A stretch of 30,433 bases of DNA from Chiloscyllium plagiosum (Eukaryota), in the NCBI RefSeq assembly GCF_004010195.1, contig NC_057718.1, positions 50,501,380-50,531,812 of the forward strand. Direction: 5' to 3'. The position numbers were made by a program, and so were the translations under genes. The notes beneath the pieces are model-generated. The model was not told the origin of the DNA and did no database searches. It saw only the letters and a program-made list of their open reading frames with translations. Below are positions 10,971 to 23,080 of this stretch, piece by piece. The stretch's first letter is position 1, and each line of letters opens with the position of its first letter.

Positions 10971-12206
10971 GTGATAAGGTCTTGTCCACGTATCATCATC
11001 TGGGAAGAGAAACTCCCTCCTCTCCCTTGTGACATGCAGCATTAGACCTAGATCAGTGACAACGAAATGACACTGTCCTGCCCTGGTGCCAAGTCTCTGG
11101 CTCCCTTCTGATACTTTGCTTCACTCCACTTTGCTGTAAAGATGTTGGCACATCTAGTAGACTTCAGCCTTTTGGATTTTAACTCCACACTCCCCTTTCA
11201 AAGCCTGCTAAACGCAACAAGCAGTTCGTGCAAGCACAATCACGCCTCAAGATGACCAAAAACTAAAAAAAATTTAAATGCTTGTAGAGCAAGCAGGCCA
11301 AGTGTACCTGGGCATACTGGGTGCAGGACAGGGTGTTGCAATCAGTGATATTTACTGAGGTCTGTACTTCCATGGGTTCGGGCAATATGCTCACAAATAT
11401 GGTGGATGCTTCACTTTCAGCCTAAGTTCCATACATCAAGATACAACAGTCCTGGTGACAGAGCCCAGTCCCTATGGCTGTTGGTTCTGTTAGTCAAAAT
11501 GCTGGTTCTGATTAATGTAATGTGCCCTTACGTATGCTCCCCTCCCCTCCTCCTGTCAAAGGTGAGGCCACACTAAAGGTTAGGAGTTCCAAATATTCAG
11601 AATAACAGCAAGGCATTTGTGAAAATTCAAGCACGGGGTGGCCAATCAGAGAAAAAACACTGCCATGAGTGGAATCAGCAAAGATTGTTTTTTTCCCCTT
11701 GCTTGCTGGAGAACTGCAGAACAGAAACAGCCTCTGATTGGAGAATTTAGAAAGGAAAGTGTTGGCAGTGAGAGGTAGCCACTGGAAGCAACACAGCTGC
11801 CTATTGCCAAGGGCTCGGGTGTAGGAGCCACACTGGGAGGAGAAGGAAACATTTTGCTGTATCTGGCAGGGGATCAGAGTTGGCTGGTGACCCTGAAAGG
11901 GGACTGGTGGGACGTTGCTGGGGGTAAGTTGCAAAGGCTGAGAGAAAAAATAGTGAAGCTGTAAGAGGTTGAGAAAGAGACTGAGGCTATAAAGAACACA
12001 GAATAGCCTCAATCTTTAAATAAAAGGGACATTCATCTCATTGGAAGTCAGGGAAAAAAGTGAAATGACTGAGTTAATGAATTACTTGGAATGAATATCT
12101 AGCTTAAGTCTGCATATGTTCGGAATCAACTATACATTAACCACTCACCAATTTCACTGATGCCGCACACAAACAGTTTTACAATCGGGGAAAATACCAC
12201 ATGGTT

Positions 12207-12564
12207 GGGGCGGCATGGTGTCTCAGTTGTTAGCATTTCTGCCTCACAGTGCCAAGGACCCAGTTCAATTGCAGCCTCGGGTGACTGTCTGTGTGGAGTT
12301 TGCACATTCTCCCTGAGTCAGCGTGGGTTTCCTCCGGGTGATCTAATTTCCACCCACAATCCAAAGATGTGCAGGTTAGGTGAATTGACCATGCTAACTT
12401 GCCCATAGTGTTCAGGGATGTGTAGGTTAGGTGTATTAGTCAAGGATAAAATATAGGATAATAGGATAGGGGAATGGGTCTGTATTGGTTATTCTTCAGA
12501 GGGTCGGTGTGGACTTTTTGGGCCAAAGGGTCTGTTTCCACACTATAGAGATTCTATGATTCTA
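12207..12564 (+). mobile_element. Full-length HE1-like tRNA-derived SINE (V-SINE type) with a CR1-like tail
   Basis: tRNA-like head with A-box-like GGTGTCTCAGTTGTTAG and B-box-like GTTCAATTGC. V-domain core GTGTGGAGTTTGCACATTCTCCC..GCGTGGGTTTCCTCCGGGTG. Tail ATTCTATGATTCTA. Confidence 0.88.
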
Positions 12565-15082
12565 ACTAACCCTTAGTACAAGGAGAAGAAACCTAGAAGA
12601 CCTTCAAGAACAGAAAAAAAGTCAAGCACACGAGCTTCCAATTTTAAATGCATAACTACATTAAGAGGGCAGTCAGTCAACAGTTAAAATGGGATTACCA
12701 ACAAAAGAGACTTCAGCAGCCAAGGAAGCACTAAAAAGTCAAACCTAGCACTCCAAGGCTCATTCAGAAACTGGTGAGAGGCATTGTGAAAGTGTAGGCT
12801 ATCAAAAGAGAGAAAAAAGCCTGACACTCTGAAAATCTTATGGAGATTTTAGCAAAGAGGGGCCATTAAGGGGCAACTGAAAGTTCCAGGAAGTGAAGTT
12901 GGAGATTTCTAAGGGAAAAGACAATAACCTTATGAAAAATGAAGCAAAGACCAAAGGGAAGGCAAGGAAGTGTAAAAGAGAGTTCTTGTCTCTCACAATG
13001 AGCATTGTTCCATCAACATTGAGTTCCATGAGACACAGCTGCAAGGAACAGTGAAAGAACCAGAAAAAAAAAAATTAGATTGGAGCTACCGAATGGGATA
13101 GGCCTCAGAATTTACTTAAGCTGCAAAGTAACCAATTTTCAAAAATGGTCATGACTGGCCCAGTGAAGTTGATTTCAGACGATTATGGATTCAATGCTGC
13201 TGCTATTAACTGCTTCCAGGTGCCGATGTTACAGCTGAAAGGAACAAAAGTCAGAAAGCATGCTAAGAAAATTCAGTGATTAGATTGTGCAACGTTCCAG
13301 CTAGTTGGACAATCGGAATACAGATGTAATGTACATAATCTATGGAAACAGTAAACAAGGACATGGTTAAGACAGTGGGAGCAAGCAGAGTATTTGGGAG
13401 GGAAGGGGTGACTAGGAGGGAGGAAGCAACTACCTAACTTAATAGCCAAATAGATTTTAGTCCAAGAAACAAAGATGAATGAATTGACAAAGTCTGAGAA
13501 GATTGCTTATATTTACTTTTCTAAGCTCTCTTTGTGGTGATGTCAGCCAAGAAATGAGCCATCACCAAAACTGCAGCAGATCAGATGTTTATATGGCAGA
13601 GCTATGACCCTGTAAATCATGATGCCTGTTCCATTCAGGTATCATTCCATAAATAGATTCCTGTTTAATTTCCTGACTTCATCATTCTACTACACTAATT
13701 TCTACCATCAAATTAGGCTGTGAATTCCTCTTTTTCTTTCTTATCCAGACATCATCTCCTTACAACAGCTATAAGTAATGAAATAGTACATCTAAATGCA
13801 ATTAAAATGAAAAGAAAATCATGAATTGATTACTCATTTCTGCTGTATTTTGCTTCCAGCAAGTTATCTACGATGGTGAAAATCAGTCCACTGACCATTT
13901 TCTTACAGGCTTAGTCATTACAATCTAATTTTAAAAAATGAAAACTCCATGTGAGGATCATCCCTAGAGTCTCATTCCTTTAGAATTGGAGATTTGGGGA
14001 TATAATTCCCATATTTTAGTACATCGGCTAATATGTTTTCATTAAATTTCTGTTTACTCAATTTTAACACAGCAGTTAGTCTTTTATTTATTTTCTAACT
14101 GGCTATTGCTGTGTTAACACAGTGCAGGCAGAAATTTAGCACAAGTACGTTAACCACTGTTCTAAAAATAGAATAAATTAAATCATCAGACTCACAGTGG
14201 CTGCAACCTTCAGTCGAGGAAGAAAATAATGGGGATGCACCCTGACTGCTTCAGTATCAGCCTGCAACAATGGCTTTATATTTTGATGGATGACAGCACG
14301 GATTTCCTGTGCTTGTAGGTATGTAAGTGTGGAGAGTGGTCAAATGGTGGTGTTATTCAGCATTTAATGCCAATTTGATGTTCAACCTGCAATTTGGACT
14401 TTGCAGCTCCTGTTAATGACCTCTCTTAAACATGCACAGGGTATGCACTAAGCTGCATGAGCAATTATTCCACCCCATCCTCCATCAGTGCTTTTTGAAA
14501 GGTAGTATTATCCAGTTTGCAAATTGGATGCTTTTAACTATCTCTTTGCTTTCACAAAATTAGTGGAAATACTATGTTGCTGGAGTTAGTGACAGACCTT
14601 AGTTAAGCCAAAAGAGTGTCGTGGTGAACATTTAGAATAATTTGTGTGATTTTGAAAATCCTCTGAATACATCACTTTCCCCAGACATAGGGGTTATAGA
14701 TGCCGTTTGCCTTCGGTTGCATTATCAGTGCAAGGTCATATAGCAGCAACAGAGATGACAAGTTGCTAATAAGTGGAGGAGATGGGCTCTCATCAAGACA
14801 CACTTCTTCCATCTGAACCACTTCCAGAGGCTGTATGTCATCAAGGAGATGACAATATAAAGCCACCTTGTCAACCTGAAGCTGCAGCCACAGACCAGGT
14901 TTAGGAGTATCTCCCAATGGCCAAGCGGTCACCCGTTTATGACAAAGATGTGAAGGAATTTTTTCACTTAGAGGGTAGTCAATCCTTACCATGTTTAATG
15001 AACTGTCAAGGCTTGGATGTTAACTATATTCAAAGCTGAATTAGATTTTAATCAGGAAGAGAATCAAGAATCAAGAATCAAG

Positions 15083-16330
15083 AGGCCTGATGGCATTTAT
15101 CCTAGGATTCTCTGGGAAGCAAGGGAGGAGATTGCAGAGCCATTGGCCTTGATTTTTATGTCCTCTTTGTCTACAGGAGTAGTGCCAGAAGACTGGAGGA
15201 TAGCAAATGTGGTTCCCTTGTTCAAAAAGGGAAGTAGGGATAACCCTAGTAACTATAGGCTGGTGAGTCTCACTTCTGTTGTGGGCAAAGTCCTAGAGAG
15301 AATTGTAAGGGATAGGATTTATGCACATCTGGATAGGAATAATGTGATCAAGGATAGTCAGCATGGTTTTGTGAAGGGCAGGTCGTGCCTCACAAACCTT
15401 ATTGAATTCTTTGAAAAGGTGACGAAGGAGGTTGATGAGGGGAAAGCGGTAGATGTGCTATATATGGATTTTAGTAAGGCGTTTGATAAGGTTCCCCATG
15501 GTAGGCTACTGCAGAAAATACGGAGATATGGCATTGAGGGTGAGTTGGAGGTTTGGATTAGGAATTGGCTGGATGGAAGAAGACAGAAGGTAGTAGTTGA
15601 TGGCAAAGTTTCTTCATGGAGTGCCGTCACGAGNNNNNNNNNNNNNNNNNNNNNNNNNNNNNNNNNNNNNNNNNNNNNNNNNNNNNNNNNNNNNNNNNNN
15701 NNNNNNNNNNNNNNNNNNNNNNNNNNNNNNNNNNNNNNNNNNNNNNNNNNNNNNNNNNNNNNNNNNNNNNNNNNNNNNNNNNNNNNNNNNNNNNNNNNNN
15801 NNNNNNNNNNNNNNNNNNNNNNNNNNNNNNNNNNNNCTTTAGGAAGGATGTGGAGGCACTGGAACGGGTGCAGAGGAGGTTTACCAGGATGTTGCCTGGT
15901 ATGGAAGGAAGATCGTATGCGGAAAGACTGAGACACTTGGGGCTGTTTTCATTAGAGAAAAGACGGTTTAGGGGTGACTTGATTGAGGTGTACAAGATGA
16001 TTAGGGGGTTAGATAGGGTTGACAGTGTGACCCTTTTCCCGCGTATGGAGTCGGGTATTACAAGGGGGCATAGCTTTAAATTAAGTGGGGGGTAGATATA
16101 GGACTGAAGTTAGGGGTAGGTTCTTCACTCAGCGAGTCGTAAGTTCATGGAATGCCCTGCCAGTAGCAGTGGTGGACTCTCCCTCTTTATGGGCATTTAA
16201 GCGGGCATTGGATAGGTATATGGAGGATAGTGGGTTAGTATAGGTTAGGTGGGCTTGGATCAGCGCAACATCGAGGGCCAAAGGGCCTGTACTGCGCTGT
16301 ATTCTTCTATGTTCTATGTTCTATGTTCTA
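15083..16330 (+). mobile_element. Young 5'-truncated CR1 LINE (RT and 3' UTR) containing an assembly gap
   Basis: Open frame PDGIYPRIL..VPEDWRIANVVPLFKKG..NYRLVSLTSVVGK..QHGFVKGRSCLTNL..YMDFSKAFDKVPH. After the gap: RKDVEALERVQRRFTRM..RGDLIEVYK..TRGH. (TTCTATG)n tail at ~16305-16330. Confidence 0.96.
15634..15836. other. Assembly gap (203 N)
   Basis: Run of N. Confidence 1.
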
Positions 16331-19300
16331 AGTGTTAAAGGGAAACAATCGCAGGCAAGTGTTGAGGATTATCAGATGATAATCATCTCATTATCTGAGA
16401 ATGATCATATCTCACTGAATGGTAGAAGACACTTGATGGGTGAAATGGCTGACTGCTACTCCTACACCTTGTGGTTATTAAGATAACCATCACCTTTTAA
16501 TTCTCCTAAAAGTGGATCCTTCCAGATTAGATCAGATGACATTGCTAATACTTTACACTTCAGCAGTCAATATCGGATCCGAGGTTACAGAGAATTTGCA
16601 AACCATGAGTGGACAATTTACTGTCCTCTCCACTAACAGAGAGAAGCAGAGAAACAGACTCTGCTAAAATATCAGAATTCCCATGAGGTATGCAGCTGTT
16701 AATTTTGGTATATGGTCTTACGGATATAACATCTTAATGGAGAGACTGAATCTGCAGGGGATAACTTTCGCTCAATACGCAATTGATGAGACACTGCACA
16801 GAACAGTACACCATTGAGTGGCCACCAACCTGACAGCTGTCATTATGTTTTGATGCTGAAAAACTCTGTAGTTCCAACCAGTTTTAGGGAAATAGAGTTG
16901 AATGGCTATTCAGCAATGAGAGCTACCCCTCATATGTGTGACATGTTTCTCCGCAACTCCATCAATCATGTCCAGTGATTCTACAATGAAAGACAGTGCC
17001 AAGCAGAAACAACATGGAGCAGTCTGTTGCTGTTCTAAGGTGATAGTGGCACTGGCAGAACTGCTTGGGGTACATTGTCGAGTGTTTGCGATTGCATATC
17101 CCTAATTTGTAGCGGTCTGCTGCAAACTCCAGAATGTAACCATCACCAGTGCTTCAGCAATCACCTCAGGAGAAAGAGAAGGAGGGAGCAGGAAGAGAGA
17201 TGAAGGAGACAATAAAGGAGAAGTGGGAGGAGCAGAAAAATAAAGTAGCTAGCACATCTGGAGACTGGACAGATTTCCCTTTAGTGCATCATCAAATTCT
17301 AATTCTAATTAATAAATCTCACAGTCCTCAGTGAAGAATACCTCCCAACTGGCCACCTCCCTGTTATGGATCATCATGATGTTCTCTTGGCCATAAACCA
17401 TGAAACAAAATACTCCCAAGTATTCCATAACAATTTAATCCAATAATTCTGTGGGTAATGTTCTCCGTACTTGAAATCAGGGATTATCCAAACGTGGTCC
17501 CTTTTCATTTGTGATGCCAGATAACTTTCAGATGAGTCTGCTCTATGCCTATATAAATTGTCTGATGTGCAAAATGCACACTGACATCATACGTTGGGAT
17601 ATCCGACAAGTGCATCTCTACTCACTGCCACTTTCAAGCAGTTTGCACTGTGGTGGCAACAATTTTATTTTGCAATACTTAGAATAAATTTAAGGAGGGG
17701 AATTGTTGGCACTTATCTTACTCAATTGATTGGATTGGAACCCGCATTATTTTGAAGTTTTGGACAGTTGGTCAGTCTTTCTAAAGTTTAAGATCCAATC
17801 TTTGAAAATCTGCACAATGTCTCCTTTAAGATAGGCACATCTAATATGTATCAATGCAACAATTACATTGGAAATGTTGGTGATCAAATTATGGTTTCCA
17901 AAGACAAGAGGCACTCAAGGGTGAACTTCTCATAACAGTTCAGTTGTGATTATCTCTACATTCACTACATTTTTCTATTTAATTTCTTGCCTACCAATTC
18001 ACCTTTTGATGGATTTAGAATTTTGAGTAGCCTTTGTAGGCCTGGTCAGGTATCCACTGGATTGACATGCTGAAGACTTTATCATCTAATACTGCATTAT
18101 TGACCCATTGCGGGATACCATACCAAAATGAGTCGGTTTCAGAATCGAAGAAAGGTGGCAATCACATGCAAAGTGTACCTCAAGACCAGAAAAAGGAGAT
18201 ATAAGTATCATTTAGCTTGACAATACTAATACACCTCACAGGAGTCAATTACCATAAAGCAATTAATTTATAAAATTATTAAATTGTTTGAAAAGCAATG
18301 AGCATGAGTAGTCAACAACAAACGATCAAGAAATTCAGTATCTGTGCTCTAAAAATATCAGCGCCTGTTGTGACCATAGACTGTGACAAATTAAAAGTGA
18401 CATTGGAAATAAAGAAAAGCATGTCTCAATCCATAGGGACTCAGACAAATCATTATGTGCTTTCTTTCTCAGCAGCTTTGGCAACACATCATTGTTGTCA
18501 GCTCAAGAGTGAATATCTGACATCAAAAACAGTAATGTAAAAACATTTTTCAAGACACAGTTCTGCTTTGAGGTTTGCATGTGGACCTAACTTTTTTATG
18601 AAGATGCAAGATCTCCACTGAGTCATTCAAGATATTAGTTCTGAAAGGGTTAAGGCTGGAGATTGCATCAGGTTCTACCCAATCTGAATGTGTCATGCTG
18701 ACTTGAGTAGTGAGTTGAGGAGTCTAGCTGAAGTTCTCAACAGGGTCAGACACGTCAATTTTGGCCCCCTGATAGTTTTAATAATTATATCCAACTGTCC
18801 AATGTAACTTTTATCTATTGCTACCATGCAATAAATTACTTTTTAAAAATTAAGACACATGCTTCTTCTTATTGAAACTCTTCCATTGTTCATCCTAAAC
18901 CATTGCCAACCAAAGAGGCCCTTACAACTCATATCGGAATGAAGACTGGATGGTAGCATCTACTGTAAACACAAGCAAGCATTGGTTGGTTTTGCAAACA
19001 TACAACATGCTCCTTAATCAAATGGTGCCAGAGCCCCAAATCCATGAATCCAGGGATCCAGCACCTGTCAGGGAAGGTTGGAGGAATATACTGGGACACA
19101 GTTCACTGAAGGAATAGCACACTTAATTATGCAGCGTTATTCACTCAGGAGCAATTTTCCTGAACAGGATTTCCAACACATGACTCGCCATGAAGGGATT
19201 AGGGACCATGGGAGGTGTAGGAGAATGAGTGGCTGGGTTGACATAAATGGAGCATAGGGAGTGTGCAGAGGGGATATGTGTAAGGAGTGATCATAACAGG

Positions 19301-19839
19301 ACCTTATAGGTCTAAGGCACGCAAACGGCCAGAAGAACGAATCCACCTCCTCACTCATGACCTTTGCTTCTGGAGTGGCAGGCCTGAGTCTAGCTAATCA
19401 TTAGCCCACCTCTACTCAACCAATGAGCCCTATTCAGACCAAAAATATCACTACTTGGAGAAGTTTCTCCTGAGCTGGAAACTTTTCAGATCTGTTCACC
19501 TCTGCCCCAGATCAGCAAGTCAAAGTAATGTTTGTTTCAAATAAATAAATAAATATGAATTTGTCATTTATGCATGTGCATAGAGCTAACCCTAATGTAA
19601 GTATGTCCAATCACTGTCAAATACCATTTGCAAATTTTAAGCTGCATATTATTGATATTCTTACATTAATTCCCACTGTGATGGCTGCACTAGCATCTTG
19701 ATGCTCCTTATCAAATTCAGTTGGCCTGAATCAGGTTTAAATTTAGCTGATAGAAGCAGGAATCTTGAATTAAACATTACAGCAGAAGGGCAGGCAGAAA
19801 GGTATATTAACTCTAATTTCTGGGGAGTTGAAAATCAAA

Positions 19840-20814
19840 GTAGGTTTGCCACTAATTCTGATTCAATTACCTTGTATAATGTAACACTATACCTTGTGGG
19901 CTAACCGTATAGATTAAAGAAAGATCTTTACTTTTAACCACTTTCAGAAGGCTAATTACACAATAGCTTCAGGCTGTTCCATGAATGGTAGGTTTAAAGA
20001 TTGTGATATTAGGATTCTATTGATGCACATTAGAATCTTCAAATGAAAATAACGAGGTCAAGGTTAATAATAATTTTGGTCAAGATATTAATATATTTCA
20101 GATTCACCAGTTGCTGCTGTATGTTATCTTCCACTTTCTGGTGGAGTTGGTTTTAACAAGCATTTTTCTGTGTTTTCCTTTACTTGCCTTGCCTTCAAGC
20201 TGACGGGGAATATATAGAGGTGACAACTCAGATATGCAAAGTCTAGTGGGCCTCTATGCTCTATGTGCAGGAAGATTTCCATCTTTCAAGGCTAATTTGT
20301 TTGATGCATTTTTAGGTCTTGCAAATCAATGCTTTTAGTAGTGGTAGTGTTACTACATTAAGGATTTACAAAAAGGAGTGAGTTTGAGTTCCATGATAAT
20401 GTCCCACATCTGATTCACAGCAGGATTTGCCTCCTCGTCAAAACAAGTGGGAACAAAGGTTGCAGATTTCCCAGCTCTGCTGATGTTGGTGCTGGGAGCC
20501 TGGAGACCAAGAAACATGTAATCCTCCCCAGCTCTATCATGGCCAGTTTAGGAAATGTATCTGAGAGGCGTGTCACATGTGCTCTGGAGGCATACAAAAT
20601 GCAGATGGCAACATGGCAACATCTGAAGCTGAATTGTCTAAGCCCTTCTTCAGGTTCTGTTAAGTGCCCTTCCTGAAGAAGGGCTTATGCCCAAAACGTC
20701 GATTCTCCTGTTCCTTTGAAAAGTAAAGATCTTTCTTTAATCTATACGGTTAGCCCACAAGGTATAGTGTTACATTATACAAGGTAATTGAATCAGAATT
20801 AGTGGCAAACCTAC
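19840..20814. repeat. Perfect 96-bp inverted repeat (19840-19935 and 20719-20814) with a 783-bp spacer
   Basis: Base-by-base reverse-complement identity. ORFs 19698+ and 20750- both end RFATNSDSITLYNVTLYLVG. Confidence 0.97.
20639..20718. mobile_element. Short rearranged Penelope-like pLTR pieces
   Basis: TAAGCCCTTCTTCAGG (20639-20654, antisense), 15 nt of filler, then TTCCTGAAGAAGGGCTTATGCCCAAAACGTCGATTCTCCTGTTCCTTTGA (20670-20719, sense). Confidence 0.85.
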
Positions 20815-21139
20815 AATGAGAATTTTTGGAGAGCATACCAGTAGAAGAACCAGGCAAACCCAAAAAAGTGGTGGCAAAGTAGTCACATAGGACTGCATGC
20901 AAGTTTAACAGTGGAGGCAACATGTGATAGAGGGAGCAAAGTGATCCCTTAGCTAATGGGTCAGACCAGAGCTCTGCAGTCCTACAACAAACAGTCATGA
21001 ACAGCAGTGTATAATTAAACAATTTACCGCAGGAGCTGGTCACCTTTCTTAGTAATGAAGGTGTAAAAGAAAAAGGCTGAATCATTTGTAACTATCTACA
21101 GCCAGAAATACTGAATGGATATTGATTGACAACACCACA

Positions 21140-21395
21140 AGTATGAAAGCACTGTGTACCCACATGCAGTAAAACCGGGACAGTATTCAAACCTCAGATG
21201 GTCAGTGACAAGCAATATTCATGCCACACAATTTCCAGGCAATGATGAACTTCAACAAAATAAAACCTAACCAGTTAACCATAATTGAACCAGTTAACCA
21301 TTGAATGGCAATATCATTGTTAAGCACCTCCTCCCACCACCCCAAACCTAACAGTAACATCATTGTCATCATTGACTCAAAACTTTATCGGATAA
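21140..21395 (+). mobile_element. Highly decayed LINE RT C-terminal fragment
   Basis: HMQ*NRDSIQ, IFMPHNFQAM and IIDSKL-like remnants resemble the LQxDLxxI..F.P.K..LGV.ID..L region of CR1/L2-group RTs. Confidence 0.45.
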
Positions 21396-21693
21396 TCTGT
21401 TGCATTGCAATGTGTTTGAATGGTATTGAATCATACACCTTTCCAAAATGAATACTTGGCAGTATCTAGATCCTGCAAGATGGGGAATGTGTGAGGCTTG
21501 TAGCTGTGACGTATGTGAGGGTATCGAATGAGGGTGTAACAATATTATGCATGAATGTTGATTACTAAAGACTGCTGATAGTGATTAATAGAAATGTGAT
21601 TCATTGAGTACTGTGTGAGGATGACAGTGTGCCGAACAGGAGATATCAATTTCAAGATGCATTCACCGACTTAGAGCAGTTTGTCTCAGATCA

Positions 21694-22595
21694 CTTGCGG
21701 TTGCAGGGGAATGTGCTGGGAGTGGAGGTTGGGTTGGTGGGTGGGTGTGGACCTGATGAGGGCGTCACGGAGGGAGTGGTCTTTCCAGAATGCTGATAGG
21801 GGAGGGAAGGGAAATATATCCTTGGTGGTGGGGTCTGTTTGGATATATTTCTCTCCCCTCCCCTATCAGCGCAAGAAATGCAAAACTTGCACCCACACCT
21901 CCCCCCTCACTTCCCTCCAAGACCCCAAGGGATCCTTCCATATACATCACAAATTCACCTGCACCTCCACATACATCATTTGCTGCATCCGATGTGGCCT
22001 CCTATACATTGGGGAGACAGGCCTCCTACTTGTGGAACGTTTCAGAGAACACCTCTGGGACACCCGCACCAACCAACCCAACCACCCCGTGGCTGAACAC
22101 TTTAACTCCCCCTCCCACTCCACCAAGGACATGCAGTTCCTTGGCATCCTCCATCGCCAGACCATGGCAACATGACGCCTGGAGGAAGATCGCCTCATCT
22201 TCCGCCTAGGAACCCTCCAACCACAAGAGATGAATGCAGATTTCTCCAGCTTCCTCATTCCCCCTCCCCCCACCTTATCTCAGTCCCAACCCTTGGACTC
22301 AGCACCACCTTCTTGACCTGCAATCTTCTTCCCGACCTCTCCGCCCTCACCCCCTCTCCGGCCTATCCCCCTCACCTTAACCTCCTTCTACCCATTGCAT
22401 TCCCAACGCCCCACCCCCAAGTCCCTCCTCCCTACCTTTTACCTTAGCCTGCTTGGCACACCCTCCTCATTCCTGAAGACGGGCTTATGCCCGAAACGTC
22501 GATTCTCTTGCTCCTTTGATGCTGCCTGACCTGCTGCGCTTCTCCAGCAACACACTTTTCAGCTCTGATCTCCAGCATCTGCAGTCCTCACTTTC
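21694..22595 (+). mobile_element. Penelope-like retroelement, 5'-truncated with an inverted 5' segment; GIY-YIG endonuclease, C-rich 3' UTR and pLTR with tail
   Basis: ORF 21681: RKKCKTC..FTCTSTYIICCIRCGLLYIGETG..ERFREHL..PVAEHFNSPSH, continuing *RLEEDRLIFRLGTLQP. Terminal unit at 22470-22595. 21694-21842 is upstream ORF sequence on the minus strand. Confidence 0.93.
22473..22500 (+). ncRNA. Minimal hammerhead-ribozyme-like motif
   Basis: CTGAAGA-C-GGGC TTAT GCCC-GAAA-CG-TC. Confidence 0.62.
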
Positions 22596-22888
22596 ACCCA
22601 CTCTCTGAAATGGCCTAGCAAATCATTCAGTTGTATCAATCCATCGTGAATAATAAAAAAAAATCAAAGAAACAGGATGGATCACCTAACATCATACAAA
22701 GAACTGGAAATTGCAACAGCAATTGTAGCCCTGTTGTTCCTGCAAACTCCGCCTTACTAACATTTGGAATCATGTGCCAAAATGTGGAGAAAGGTCCTAC
22801 AGACTAGTCAGGTAACGGCCTGACATTTATCAGACTTTTAGAATCTACCTTTCAGCAATGTTCTGGACACTATCATTGCCGTCCAGCC

Positions 22889-23080
22889 GGGAGGCAGTGG
22901 TGTAGTATTAATGTTACTTGACTAGTATTCAGAATCCAACCCTAATGTTCTGGACACATGGGATCAAATCTACCATGCCAGATAATGAAATTTGAATTCA
23001 TTAAAAATATGGAATAAAAAGCTAGCCAAATGGTGACCATTTAACCATTCTGTGAAAGAATATTAAAAAGCAAACTAATG
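22889..23080 (+). mobile_element. Decayed tRNA-derived SINE-like insertion
   Basis: A-box-like GGCAGTGGTGTAGTATTAATG and B-box-like GGATCAAATCT. Interrupts the LINE endonuclease sequence. Confidence 0.5.

Larger units (their letters stand above)
14933..16479 (+). mobile_element. Old CR1 3' end fragment (14933-15082 plus 16331-16479) hosting a younger CR1
   Basis: RNF..RVVN-like and IFKAELD sequence on the left. On the right, CTGAATGGTAGAAGACACTTGATGGGTGAAATGGCTGACTGCTACTCCT parallels the CR1 3' UTR at 27629-27678. Confidence 0.65.
14792..17240 (+). mobile_element. Second decayed PIF/Harbinger transposase, split by nested CR1 insertions (14933-16479)
   Basis: KTHFFHLN..QRLYVIKE..LQPQTR..LPMA (14792-14932). 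Resumes with SGSFQ (16511), EVTENL, SLNTQL, PDSCHYVLML (16829), EWLFSNESYP (16900), FYNE, MEQSVAVLR, FVAVCCKLQN (~17106) and an E/K-rich tail. Confidence 0.72.

Noticed and set aside
12207..12280. tRNA gene
   Set aside because: It is the degenerate tRNA-derived head of a SINE and continues into the V-domain.
11512..13260. 166-aa ORF and purine-rich region resembling an LTR
   Set aside because: No second LTR copy, TG..CA ends, PBS or PPT could be identified.
15017..16095. Longest ORFs (304, 192, 159 aa) as intact genes
   Set aside because: Lengths are inflated by the N gap; these are 5'-truncated CR1 ORF2 or its antisense frames.
18015..18205. ~50-codon open frames on both strands next to a pyrimidine tract
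   Set aside because: Bounded by stops, with a non-preferred GAG acceptor and unrecognised peptides.
19698..21085. Two ORFs with identical C-termini as paralogous genes
   Set aside because: Explained entirely by the 96-bp inverted repeat.
21269..21301. Small direct duplication AACCAGTTAACCAT x2
   Set aside because: Ordinary local slippage in a decayed LINE.
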